A stretch of DNA of 64,000 nucleotides from Macrostomum lignano (GCA_002269645.1 NIVC01001698.1:124001-188000); one strand, 5' to 3'. Shown: positions 13,086 to 25,600, counted from the stretch's first letter. Program-made: numbers and translations. The notes: generated by a model not told the origin, from the sequence alone.

Positions 13086-16000
13086 TGTCTGAGTGGGTCA
13101 TGTGTCTGAGTGGGGTCATGTGTCTAAGTGGGTCCTGTGTCTGAGTGGGTCATGTGTCTGAGTGGGGTCATGTGTCTAAGTGGGGTCATATGTCTGAGTG
13201 GGTCATGTGTCTGAGTGGGGTAATGTCTGAGTTAGAGTAGGGTCGTGTCTGAGTGGGGTCATGTGTCTGAGTGGGTCATGTGTCTGAGTGGGTCATGTGT
13301 CTGAGTGGGGTCATGTGTCTGAGTGGGTCATGTGTCTGAGTGGGTCATGTGTCTGATTGGGGTCATGTGTCTGAGTGGGGTCATGTGTCTGAGTGGGGTC
13401 ATGTGTCTAAGTGGGTCATATGTCTGAGTGGGTCATGTGTCTGAGTGGAGTTGTGTGTCTGAGTGGGTCATGTGTCTGAGTGGAGTTGTGTGTCTGAGTG
13501 GGGTCATGTGTCTGAGTGGTGTCATGTGTCTGAGTGGGGTCATGTGTCTGAGTGGGGTTGTGTGTCTGAGTGGGTCATGTATCTGAGTGGGTCATGTGTC
13601 TGAGTGGGTCATGTTTCTGAGTGGGTCATGTGTCTGAGTGGGGTCATGTGTCTAAGTGGGTCATGTGTCTGAGTGGGTCATGTATCTGAGTGGGTCATGT
13701 TTCTGAGTGGGTCATGTGTCTGAGTGGGGTCATGTGTCTAAGTGGGTCATATGTCTGAGTGGGTCATGTGTCTGAGTGGAGTTGTGTGTCTGAGTGGGGT
13801 CATGTGTCTGAGTGGTGTCATGTGTCTGAGTGGGGTCATGTGTCTGAGTGGGGTTGTGTGTCTGAGTGGGTCATGTATCTGAGTGGGTCATGTGTCTGAG
13901 TGGGGTTGTGTGTCTGAGTGGGTCATGTATCTGAGTTGGTCATGTGTCTGAGTGGGGTCATGTGTCTGAGTGGGGTTGTGTGTCTGAGTGGGTCATGTAT
14001 CTGAGTGGGTCATGTGTCTGAGTGGGGTCATGTGTCTGAGGGGGTTGTGTGTCTGAGTGGGTCATGTGTCTGAGTGGGGTTGTGTGTCTGAGTGAGTCAT
14101 GTATCTGAGTGGGTCATGTGTCTGAGTGGGGTCATGTGTCTGAGGGGGTTGTGTGTCTGAGTGGGTCATGTATCTGAGTGGGTCATGTGTCTGAGTGGGG
14201 TCATGTGTCTAAGTGGGTCCTGTGTCTGAGTGGGTCATGTGTCTGAGTGGGGTCATGTGTCTAAGTGGGGTCATATGTCTGAGTGGGTCATGTGTCTGAG
14301 TGGGGTCATGTGTCTAAGTGGGTCATGTGTCTGAGTGGGTCATGTATCTGAGTGGGTCATGTTTCTGAGTGGGTCATGTGTCTGAGTGGGGTCATGTGTC
14401 TGAGTGGGTCATATGTCTGAGTGGGTCATGTTTCTGAGTGGAGTTGTGTGTCTGAGTGGTGTCATGTGTCTGAGTGGGGTCATGTGTCTGAGGGGGTTGT
14501 GTGTCTGAGTGGGTCATGTGTCTAAGTGGGTCATGTTTCTGAGTGGGTCATGTGTCTGAGTGGGGTCATGTGTCTAAGTGGGTCATGTGTCTGAGTGGGT
14601 CATGTATCTGAGTGGGTCATGTTTCTGAGTGGGTCATGTGTCTGAGTGGGGTCATGTGTCTAAGTGGGTCATATGTCTGAGTGGGTCATGTGTCTGAGTG
14701 GAGTTGTGTGTCTGAGTGGGGTCATGTGTCTGAGTGGTGTCATGTGTCTGAGCGGGGTCATGTGTCTGAGTGGGGTTGTGTGTCTGAGTGGGTCATGTAT
14801 CTGAGTGGGTCATGTGTCTGAGTGGGGTTGTGTGTCTGAGTGGGTCATGTATCTGAGTTGGTCATGTGTCTGAGTGGGGTCATGTGTCTGAGTGGGGTTG
14901 TGTGTCTGAGTGGGTCATGTATCTGAGTGGGTCATGTGTCTGAGTGGGGTCATGTGTCTGAGGGGGTTGTGTGTCTGAGTGGGTCATGTGTCTGAGTGGG
15001 TCATGTGTCTGAGTGGAGTTGTGTGTCTGAGTGGGGTCATGTGTCTGAGTGGGTCATGTGTCTGAGGGGGTTGTGTGTCTGAGTGGGTCATGTATCTGAG
15101 TGGGTCATGTGTCTGAGTGGGGTCATGTGTCTAAGTGGGTCATATGTCTGAGTGGGTCATGTGTCTGAGTGGAGTTGTGTGTCTGAGTGGGGTCATGTGT
15201 CTGAGTGGTGTCATGTGTCTGAGTGGGGTCATGTGTCTGAGGGGGTTGTGTGTCTGAGTGGGTCATGTGTCTAAGTGGGTCATGTGTCTGAGTGGGTCAT
15301 GTATCTGAGTGGGTCATGTTTCTGAGTGGGTCATGTGTCTGAGTGGGGTCATGTGTCTAAGTGGGTCATATGTCTGAGTGGTGTCATGTGTCTGAGTGGG
15401 GTCATGTGTCTGAGGGGGTTGTGTGTCTGAGTGGGTCATGTGTCTGAGTGGGGTTGTGTGTCTGAGTGGGTCATGTATCTGAGTGGGTCATGTGTCTGAG
15501 TGGGGTCATGTGTCTGAGGGGGTTGTGTGTCTGAGTGGGTCATGTATCTGAGTGGGTCATGTGTCTGAGTGGGGTCATGTGTCTGACGGGGTTGTGTGTC
15601 TGAGTGGGGTCATGTGTCTGAGGGGGTTGTGTGTCTGAGTGGGGTTATGTCTGAGTTAGAGTGGGTCATGTGTCTGAGTGGGGTCATGTGTCTAAGTGGG
15701 TCCTGTGTCTGAGTGGGTCATGTGTCTGAGTGGGGTCATGTGTCTAAGTGGGGTCATATGTCTGAGTGGGTCATGTGTCTGAGTGGGGTCATGTGTCTAA
15801 GTGGGTCATGTGTCTGAGTGGGTCATGTATCTGAGTGGGTCATGTTTCTGAGTGGGTCATGTGTCTGAGTGGGGTCATGTGTCTAAGTGGGTCATATGTC
15901 TGAGTGGGTCATGTGTCTGAGTGGAGTTGTGTGTCTGAGTGGGGTCATGTGTCTGAGTGGTGTCATGTGTCTGAGTGGGGTCATGTGTCTGAGTGGGGTT

Positions 16001-16707
16001 GTGTGTCTGAGTGGGTCATGTATCTGAGTGGGGTTGTGTGTCTGAGTGGGTCATGTATCTGAGTGGGGTCATGTGTCTGAGTGGGGTTGTGTCTGAGTGG
16101 GTCATGTATCTGAGTGGGTCATGTGTCTGAGTGGGGTCATGTGTCTGAGGGGGTTGTGTGTCTGAGTGGGTCATGTGTCTGAGTGGGTCATGTGTCTGAG
16201 TGGGGTCATGTCTGAGTTAGAGTGGGGTCGTGTCTGAGTGGGTCATGTGTCTGAGTGGGTCATGTGTCTGAGTGGGGTCATGTGTCTAAGTGGGGTCATA
16301 TGTCTGAGTGGGTCATGTGTCTGAGTGGGGTAATGTCTGAGTTAGAGTAGGGTCGTGTCTGAGTGGGGTCATGTGTCTAAGTGGGTCATGTGTCTGAGTG
16401 GGGTCATGTCTGAGTTAGAGTGGGGTCGTGTCTGAGTGGGTCATGTGTCTGAGTGGGTCATGTGTCTGAGTTGGGTAATGTCTGAGTTAGAGTAGGGTCG
16501 TGTCTGAGTGGGGTCATGTGTCTGAGTGGGTCATGTGTCTGAGTGGGGTCATGTGTCTGAGTGGGTCATGTGTCTGAGTGGGGTCATGTGTCTGAGTGGG
16601 GTCATGTGTCTAAGTGGGTCATATGTCTAAGTGGGTCATATGTCTAAGTGGGTCATGTGTCTGATTGGGGTCATGTGTCTGAGTGGGTCATGTATCTGAG
16701 TGGGTCA
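13086..16707. repeat. Satellite array, 17-18 bp unit GAGTGGG(G)TCATGTGTCT
   Basis: About 3.6 kb tandem array between the convergent 3' ends of ACC and the SLIMP-like gene. Confidence 0.96.
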
Positions 16708-17036
16708 AGTCCGATTGGGCTCGTCTGTCGGATGTAGGCTTGATCATACGTCGGGGTGGGTCATGTCTGAGTGGACTCGTATTACTTGTGAAACTACTAT
16801 AATTTTGGTTACACAGAGCAATAGATATAAAAATAAGATATTTAGAGTCAGTCATTTGACCGGCTAAGGTCTGAAGTGCCTTCCGAGCTGTTACTAAAGC
16901 AAATAAAATCTGAAATCGATTTGTTTTTTGCAAAAATCGCGTGGCAATCAATATCATTGTATGCGGCATGTGTATTTTTAAGCTTGAGCAGCTCCGCAAA
17001 CTCAATAATAATAAAATGCATTTAAATAGCCTGCTG

Positions 17037-19064
17037 TCACTCGGGCCACACCGTGCGCAGCAGGGAGCCGCAGTCCAGCAGGCAGGTGTGCACCAGGCTG
17101 AGCGGCTGGCCGCGCGGGTTCAGGCACATCAGCCTGCGGCCCACAAACTCATCCAGCTGGGCCGCGCTGGCCACCGGGACCGGCGCCAGGCTGTCCGAGT
17201 CGCGGCTCTCCAGCGTCCAGTCGATGCGACGCGACTCGCCAAGCCGCAGGCGCTCCAGCGGCACCGTCCGGGCGACGATGCGACGCTGGCGGCCCGGAAG
17301 CGGCAGCTCATTGGCCAGGCGGTGCCAGACAGCACTGGCAAGTTCGACAGTCTCGGCGAAGGCGGCGTCGCAGGCGGCGGCCGAGACGGAGCCGTGCAGC
17401 AGCGAGAGGGCCTCGGCGGACTGGCGGCCCGGCGCGTGCAGGCGGCCCCGACAAGCCAGGCGGATCGGCAGGCTGGCGGTGGATGCCTGGCGGCGGCCCA
17501 GCTGGGCGGCCATGGCGGGCAGGGAGGCGGCGCCCACCAGGAGGAGCCGCAGGTGCGGGTTGTCGGCCGAGTCGGCACTGTCCCGCTTATCGGCCGGCAG
17601 GTCGATGGCGTCGGCTTCCGACCAGCCGCAGGCGGCGAGCACCGGCGCGGTGACCCAGTCCGGGCCGCGGGTCAGCAGCCAGCCGTGGCCGGCGGAGTTG
17701 ACGGCCTCGGCCGTCAGGCTGGCGGCGGCGTCCATCGCGCGGCTCTGCAGGCGGAGGCCGGCCGGCTCTACGAATTCAAGCTGCCGGCCGGCCAGGCGGA
17801 GGCGGCGCAAACCGGGCGGTGACGGCGTCTCTTCGGCTGCCATGTCGACGGAGAAGTCCGGAGCCGCGGCAGAGTCCGGGTGCAGCCGGTTGGGCAGTCC
17901 GAGAGCGCGGTCCCAGAAGGCGTCATTCAGTCTCCTGGGGAGGTCGGCGATGGTGGCGCGGGTTGCGTGCGAATTTGTACTTTTGGCTCAGTGCCATGGG
18001 TACTCATGAGAAACACACCGGTACTCATCCTTCAGTCCATAAGAAACACACCGGTACTCATCCTTCAGTGCCATGAGAAACACACCGGTACTCATCCTTC
18101 AGTGCCATGAGAAACACACCGGTACTCATCCTTCAGTGCCATGAGAAACACACCGGTACTCATCCTTCAGTGCCATGAGAAACACACCGGTACTCATCCT
18201 TCAGTGCCATGAGAAACACACCGGTACTCATCCTTCAGTGCCATGAGAAACACACCGGTACTCATCCTTCAGTGCCATGAGAAACACACCGGTACTCATC
18301 CTTCAGTGCCATGAGAAACACACCGGTACTCATCCTTCAGTCCATGAGAAACACACCGGTACTCATCCTTCAGTCCATGAGAAACACACCGGTACTCATC
18401 CTTCAGTGCTATGAGAAACACACCGGTACTCATCCTTCAGTGCCATAAGAAACACACCGGTACTCATCCTTCAGTCCATGAGAAACACACCGGTACTCAT
18501 CCTTCAGTCCATGAGAAACACACCGGTACTCATCCTTCAGTGCCATGAGAAACACACCGGTACTCATCCTTCAGTCCATGAGAAACACACCGGTACTCAT
18601 CCTTCAGTGCCATGAGAAACACACCGGTACTCATCCTTCAGTGCCATGAGAAACACACCGGTACTCATCCTTCAGTGCCATGAGAAACACACCGGTACTC
18701 ATCCTTCAGTGCCATGAGAAACACACCGGTACTCATCCTTCAGCAGCTTGGCCTCAGAACTCTCCAGTCGCCTGCCGGGCTCCCGCAGTCTGCCCGCCGC
18801 ATTGCGAGCAGCCGCCAGCGCCTCAGCAGCGGCTCGGACCGTCGCCCAGCCGATCCGGTCGCCGCCGCAGCCGCCCCGGGCATCAATGCTGCCAGCCAGA
18901 GCCTCGGGATCGGCGAGCAGCACCTCGGGTGGATAGTCGGGGGCCAGGGTCGGTGAGAAGTCGCGCGCATAGTGGTCGTAGAGGACACGAGTGTTGATGC
19001 AGCGAGCAGAGGCTCGTGGACAGCACAATGCACTGGCTGCTGAGATGCTGCGAGCAATTATCAT
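17037..19064 (-). CDS. Mitochondrial seryl-tRNA-synthetase-like protein (SLIMP-like, likely non-catalytic), 2 exons, about 409 aa
   Basis: Exons 19064-18733 and 17934-17037, phase-2 junction giving AKLLKDE|RLNDAFWDRALGLPNRLHPD. Arg/Ser/Ala-rich presequence-like N-terminus. Recalled SerRS-like segments: LLADPEALAGSIDARG, ALGLPNRLHP, LVGAASL, LPIRLACRGR, VASAAQLDEFVGRRL, LVHT. Catalytic motif residues are degenerate. Confidence 0.8.
18004..18743. repeat. Intronic minisatellite, 33-34 bp unit including the exon end and 5' splice site
   Basis: About 22 copies; on the minus strand each reads CTGAAGGATGA|GTACCGGTGTGTTTCTCATGG(C)A. Confidence 0.95.
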
Positions 19065-19755
19065 GAGATTTTTTGAAAAAATTAATTTTGCATAATTATG
19101 CTACTTTCAGTAAAGAGTAAACAAACATCAATGTTACTGTGGATATTTTAAATAAAAAATTCATTTGGCAAGACCTTTTGGTTAGAGCTCTGGATGCTTT
19201 TCAGTTTTAAAAAAATTTCTAGAATTTCCAGATGTTCAAGTCAGCTGTCTTTGAATACCATGACTAGGCAAGGCACTAGTCATGGTAATCATGGTATGAC
19301 TAGGCAAAGCATTTAGCCTTGTAGGCCTATGCTATCTAGTATACAGACCAATTAATAAAAAAGATCTGCTTTTGCTTTTGCTTTCAAGTTATCTGCTTTT
19401 CTGAACAGGACTATTATTAAAATTAACAATCATAATCTTATATATAGTAATCAGATATCAAATAGGCAAGCAATATTTTCAAGTTTGATATATTTATTAA
19501 TAAGTCTCATTATTAATGTCTAATTCAGGATCAACTAAGTAACAAAATTAACATGGGACAAGTATACAAGGCAAAATTGAAAAATAAAACAAATAACAAG
19601 ATAGAAGCATAGAAAAAAGAAAATAAATATATAATATAAATGATTAAAAAACATACATGTGCAACTGCTGGCCGACCTGGCCGATCTGGCCACCGTAAAT
19701 TGTGGTGGACCAGGGGTGAGTCGCAAAAATGCCCAGCCTAAAGAATACAGACGTA

Positions 19756-19869
19756 GTACTAATTAGATGACGGGGAATTTAGCCCTTATAAGACAGTCAT
19801 AGTTACTCCTGCCGTTTACCCAAAATTGCGTTAGGGTTTCTTTCACAGGTAAATCGCATTTTTGGTCAA
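19756..19869 (-). other. Degenerate 28S rRNA-like fragment (not an rRNA gene)
   Basis: Minus strand GGTAAACGGCAGGAGTAACTATGACTGTCTTATAAGGGCTAAATTCCCCGTCATCTAATTAGT versus recalled conserved 28S GGTAAACGGCGGGAGTAACTATGACTCTCTTAAGGTAGCCAAATGCCTCGTCATCTAATTAGT. Confidence 0.75.
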
Positions 19870-21595
19870 AAAGTAAGTTGCATGGCCAGTGTAAATCAGG
19901 GGGGTTGCGCATGTATGATTAAAAAAGCAAACTGAAAATGAAAAAAAAAGTATTAAATAGTCACACTGAGAAAATATTAAAATTGTAAAGCAAAGAGCTA
20001 TTGCAAAAAAAGCTTTCTAGATATAGGTTGCTACATTTTTGTGGAAAACTAATACTACTAACTGGGTAAAACTTAGGAGATTATAGGCCAGATCTATAAA
20101 GCCATCGTAAGATAAGATCGTTCTTAGCTCCTATCTCCACCATGTAAAAGTTCTGATGTACAATTGAACTTATGCTACGACAGCTTTATAGTACAACCCC
20201 TATAAATTTATTCTAGAGAATATATAAAACTTTTTAAAATAAACTATTATAGGCCTATATATTTAAAGTTAATATATATAGTTATATAATAGTTAAGTTA
20301 GATCACAATAAATTTTGTCTTCTTTTTTAATTGTATATTCCTTGTAACTAGAAAAAAATAAATAAGATAGATATCAAAGGCCAAGGGTAAAACCTATATT
20401 TTAGATGAATTTGATATTGCTCAGTCTCTTTAAAAAAGGATAGCTAGCTTGAACTTCTTGGCTATACTCCAAAAGACATCACTTATGCCAGAATTTTCTG
20501 GCATGCATTGTGTGCTTTTAGTTATGGCATGAATTCTAGCATGCACTCAACACAATTCAGAGCATTGCTCTTTGTCTTTGGCTTGGTTGTTTTATTCTTA
20601 AATCATGCATTGAATTTTGAATCGAATTATAATATCATATTAACATATAAATAAAATTCGATGAGAATTATAATTTAAAGTCCACATATTAGGCCTATGA
20701 CTACAATGTCAATAGTACAGAAAAAACTTTTACTTTTTGAATCATGACACTGAATTCTAAAAAATGAATATACATGGCCATCATGGCATTTTGCTAATTG
20801 TTTTTGCAGTTTTGTTAAATAATCTCAAGTTAACCACTTCTAAACATAAATGATTTATGTATCCTCCAGATAATTAGTTTCGAACTTTCATTTGAAGGTA
20901 ATTTTAGTCGCAATAGGTAAATTTAAGCAAATTTAAATTTAAATTTGCCTTCTAATTGCATTATATGATTTTAATCGACAGGTAGGTGTAAGTATCAGCA
21001 TACCATCAGCAAAGCGGAAGCAAAATTATGATGCACCTTAAAATTTCAAAAAGTTTTATATCATAGCTTGCAATAAACTTCCTATCAAATCCTAGTAACA
21101 TTAATTTTGAAGTGTTTCTTGGAAAGTAATGCTTTAAAAATTTTGAAATTATGAAATCTCTGAAGATACCACGTGACAATTAAACGAAGTCACCAGAGCA
21201 TGTAAAAATTATGTGAACTAAGGCAAGTTCACTTAATTCTTTTTTTGCGAATGCATTGAATTTTGCTGCATTGTATCTAAAATTATGAATAATTACTAAC
21301 CATTTATGACATTGTTACGACGAGCAAAATACTCATGCAGTTAGCACTGCATCCCAGAGGCGCAACCGGATGCAATGGAGACCCGGAAGGGAGGACAAAG
21401 CAAATTTTCGTCAAGATGTAGGCCCGCCTCTCCCTTTTGGTCTTTACCTCCAGAATCCACCCACCATCGAATTTCTGTTTGCGCCACTGAGGTCAACACA
21501 CAACTGCCATTCATAACACGTACATGTACCACTATCATATAGCCATAGCGCCAGTCACAGCTGCTCTGCTTTAGGAGCTCGTACTCTCTAGCTTT

Positions 21596-21979
21596 TATTT
21601 TTTTATTAGAGGCAGGGGGGTTGTGTGTGCACCCTGGCGCACTTTAAGCGACAGGCACACAACCGGCGAGAGGCATTAAATGCCCATTCCGCCGACTCCC
21701 CTGAGCAGGCACACAAGCGCGCGGATACGTACACAGGCACACATTCACATAGGAGTGTACAGCGGCCCTAACTTTATTTTATCGTTAGGCATGTACACTT
21801 CACTGCGCCTTGGGGGGTTGGCTCTCAAGGCCGTTAATAAAATTGCACGAGCAGAGCCAAGCCGAGATTCCAATTCAGCCCCAAATTAATGTGACTGCAC
21901 TTGGAATCGAGCCTGGGTCGCTGGCACACCAGAGCAGCTGCGCTACCGCTGGGCTACGGCCCCCCCCCTCCCCACTCTC
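21596..21979 (-). mobile_element. tRNA-derived SINE
   Basis: Minus strand: A box TAGCCCAGCGG, B box-like GGCTCGATTCC and A-rich tail AATAAAAAAAATAAAA. Flanked by 68 bp direct repeats 21528-21595 and 21980-22047 (1 mismatch). Confidence 0.8.
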
Positions 21980-22698
21980 ACCACCATCATATAGCCATAG
22001 CGCCAGTCACAGCTGCTCTGCTTTAGGAGCTCGTACTCTCTAGCTTTAGAATGCATCTCGTAAATGGCGCACTAAATCGATATTTCCTGCTCAGAAACTC
22101 CTTCACCGATTTTTACCTCAGTATGTAAATTGTACTGGCTGCATGGTCTTAAAGTCCTTAAGAGTATAGACTTGAGTAGCTAGAAATTCAATTTTTCTAA
22201 AGTTCAGCTTATTGTTATGCATAATATTAATAAAACCATTTGGTTTGATTAGACTAACACATGATGCCATGGACCATATAGATGCTATAAAAATCTTATT
22301 AAAAATCTGGACTTTGCCATGAGATCGCACGTACATGTACATGTGCATAAACTGTTAATATTTGACCAATTTGTTCTAACACAGTAATAGCTAGGTGTAT
22401 GATGGATCTGAAAACTTTAAGTATGATGGATAGCTTTGAGCATTCCTGTAAAAATGGTCACCTCAGTGAGGAAAATTTTGAGACACTCCCGGCCGGCCGT
22501 ATTACAGTTTACCCGCCGAATCAATCAGTATCAGTATATACGATCTACTTTAGTATTACGACAAAAAACGACTTTACTACTCGTGGAAAAGGATCGATGT
22601 CACGGAGCCACGCTTGAAGCGCCTCCATGCTCGTATTGAGGCATTAGAATTTTTTTCGACAGATCGTGTGCGATTCAGATGCATGCGTGTATTTTGCT

Positions 22699-25600
22699 TC
22701 AACTGCAGTCAGATGCCTCCAGATAGACGCGATTACTTAAATGGCGAAATGCCAGATAGGCAAACTCCAGCAGTTCCACAAAGAAGGCCATAGTGAGACC
22801 CAGGTACAGCGAGCAGAGGCCACCGATGCGGCTCACTAGCGCCTGAAAAGTGACAGTCAGCTTCTCCTCCTTCTGGATGGTGTCCACGCTTTTCCGTCGA
22901 ATCACAATGAACGCAAACTGCTTTTCGTCGTCTTTATTCGCGTCGAGAGAGGCGCCCGGGTGCGCACCGTCTCGCAGGCTGTTGGCGTGCACGTAGGCCA
23001 TCACTTGACGTCTCATCAGCTCGCGCTCTTCGGCGTCACCCATCGCTGCAGCTTTGAGAAGACCGGCCCAGCTGTGCGACTGGTTGAGCAGCCAGCGGAG
23101 CTGGAACTCCGAGTAGCGCCAGCCCGTGATGGACGCCGCTTGCTCGTAGAGTAACCTCTGGCAGCGCTTTTGGCACACGGCGCCGTCGGCAGCCTGACGG
23201 ATGGCACCGACGTCCAGCTGCTCCAGGCAGTACAGGCGGCTGCACGATCGGCGAGAGGTGAGCAGCAACACGTGAGAAAGCTGTGAGAAATACAATGCCT
23301 TCAATAATCCAGTCCATCATGAGTCATTTCGTCATTTCGTCATTTTGCTGCTAAATGTTGACTACAGGAATATTTCCGTCAGCATTTTCGAGATGTGATC
23401 GGGAATTGGACCGGACGGTTTGAAGGTCATTGCCAGTGCGGGTGCTCAGCTGAGTGTCGGATGAGCTGTACGTAAAGTAATCTGTACGATGTACGATCGA
23501 GTTTTTCATTTTCCCTTTCCAAAATAGAACGGCGAGTGCCAGCGACACTCCAAACTACTCAACTCGGCAAGTGGAACAGGCTGGGGCAGGGATATTGAGC
23601 AACTATGCCTACCTTTTGGCTAGGCTGAGCAGAGTGAAATGCTCTCTTTAATTTCCCGGCAAGTTCTCCACTTTACATCCTTGATCTCAGCTGAGCACCC
23701 GCACTACTGGCAATCCCTGACACTCATCAGCTGAGCACCCGCACTGGCAATCCCTGACACTCATAAGCTGAGCACCCGCACTGGCAATCCCTGACACTCA
23801 TAAGCTGAGCACCCGCACTGGCAATCCCCGACACCCATCAGCTGAGCACCCGTACTGGCAATCCCTGACACTCATCAGCTGAGCACCCGCACTGGCAATC
23901 CCTGACACTCATCAGCTGAGCACCCGCACTGGCAATCCCTGACACTCAGCTGAGCACCCGCACTGGCAATCCCTGACACTCAGCTGAGCACCCGCACTGG
24001 CAATCCCTGACACTCAGCTGAGCACCCGCACTGGCAATCCCTGACACTCAGCTGAGCACCCGCACTGGCAATCCCTGACACTCATCAGCTGAGCACCCGC
24101 ACTACTGGCAATCCCTGACACTCAGCTGAGCACCCGCACTGGCAATCCCTGACACTCATCAGCTGAGCACCCGCACTACTGGCAATCCCTGACACTCATC
24201 AGCTGAGCACCCGCACTACTGGCAATCCCTGACACTCATCAGCTGAGCACCCGCACTGGCAATCCCTGACACTCATCAGCTGAGCACCCGCACTGGCAAT
24301 CCTTGACACTCAGCTGAGCACCCGCACTGGCAATCCCTGACACTCATCAGCTGAGCACCCGCACTGGCAATCCCTGACACTCATCAGCTGAGCACCCGCA
24401 CTGGCAATCCCTGACACTCATCAGCTGAGCACCCGCACTGGCAATCCTTGACACTCAGCTGAGCACCCGCACTGGCAATCCCTGACACTCATCAGCTGAG
24501 CACCCGCACTACTGGCAATCCCTGACACTCATCAGCTGAGCACCCGCACTACTGGCAATCCCTGACACTCATCAGCTGAGCACCCGCACTGGCAATCCCT
24601 GACACTCATCAGCTGAGCACCCGCACTGGCAATCCCTGACACTCATCAGCTGAGCACCCGCACTGGCAATCCCTGACACTCATCAGCTGAGCACCCGCAC
24701 TGGCAATCCCTGACACTCATCAGCTGAGCACCCGCACTGGCAATCCCTGACACTCATCAGCTGAGCACCCGCACTGGCGATGGCACTCACTTGAAGAAGG
24801 CGGCGGTATTGTTGTAGTCGATGCGGCCGCAGTAGGGCAGCGCGGTGGTGGGCCGCGGCACCGGCCGGGGCAGCCGGGACAGCACGCAGCCGCACTCGGC
24901 CATGATGCGCTCGTTCAGCTGCTGGTCAATGCAGGCCGCATAGGAGTAGGTGTAGTTCACCCCCAGGTCAGTGATGACGGGCAGCCCAGACTCCTGGCAG
25001 CGATCGTTTGGGGAATCGTTGGCCTCACTCCAAAACACCGTGTCGAAGGCAATCTCCGTCATTTTGCCTGCGCGGTTGAGTTGGGTTACTCAGGAAACAT
25101 CTATTGATGAATAGCAAACTGTTTAATCTTCATCAATTATGCACAGAGCTGCTGGCAGATTCCCACTGCAACACAGAGCTGCTGGCAGATTCCCACTGCA
25201 ACACAGAGCTGCTGGCAGATTCCCACTGCAACACAGAGCTGCTGGTAGATTTCCACTGCAACACAGAGCTGTTGGCAGATTCCTACTGCAACACAGAACT
25301 GCTGTGAGATTCCTACTGCAACACAGAACTGCTGTGAGATTCCTACTGCAACACAGAGTTGCTGGCAGATTCTACACGTAACACAGAGCTGCTGGCAGAT
25401 TCTACACGTAACACAGAGCTCAATCCTCAATCCTGCTGCAGATTGAGATTGCAGATTGCTGGCAGATTCCAAATGTGTGTACTGCAACTACATGGCTGTG
25501 TTGGCAGTAACCCACCTGGCTCCACGTGCACCCCAGAGCGCTCCACATCCGGGAAGATGCCTTCCTCGTGCAGCAGCAGGCGCAGTCCAGTCGCCTGGTC

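Noticed and set aside
16941-18009. Plus-strand ORFs of 293 and 318 aa (and similar antisense ORFs over ACC, DEG/ENaC and 58788-59441)
   Set aside because: Antisense shadows of GC-rich coding sequence with no recognisable motifs.
21890-21965. Functional tRNA gene
   Set aside because: A and B boxes are present but no convincing acceptor stem or cloverleaf; it continues into a SINE body and tail.
22431-22490. About 60-bp similarity to 56486-56545 (GCATTCCTGTAAAAATGGT...)
   Set aside because: Probably a fragment of an old dispersed repeat; too short to define.
23351-23548. 65-aa minus-strand ORF as an extra DEG/ENaC exon
   Set aside because: Exon 25067-24791 joins 23239 directly in phase 2 (FFN-RLYC), so this region is intronic.
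23686-24778. Hammerhead ribozyme in a satellite (minus-strand CTGATGAG core)
   Set aside because: No downstream GAAA or stem II/III in the unit; other arrays checked also lack both core halves on one strand.
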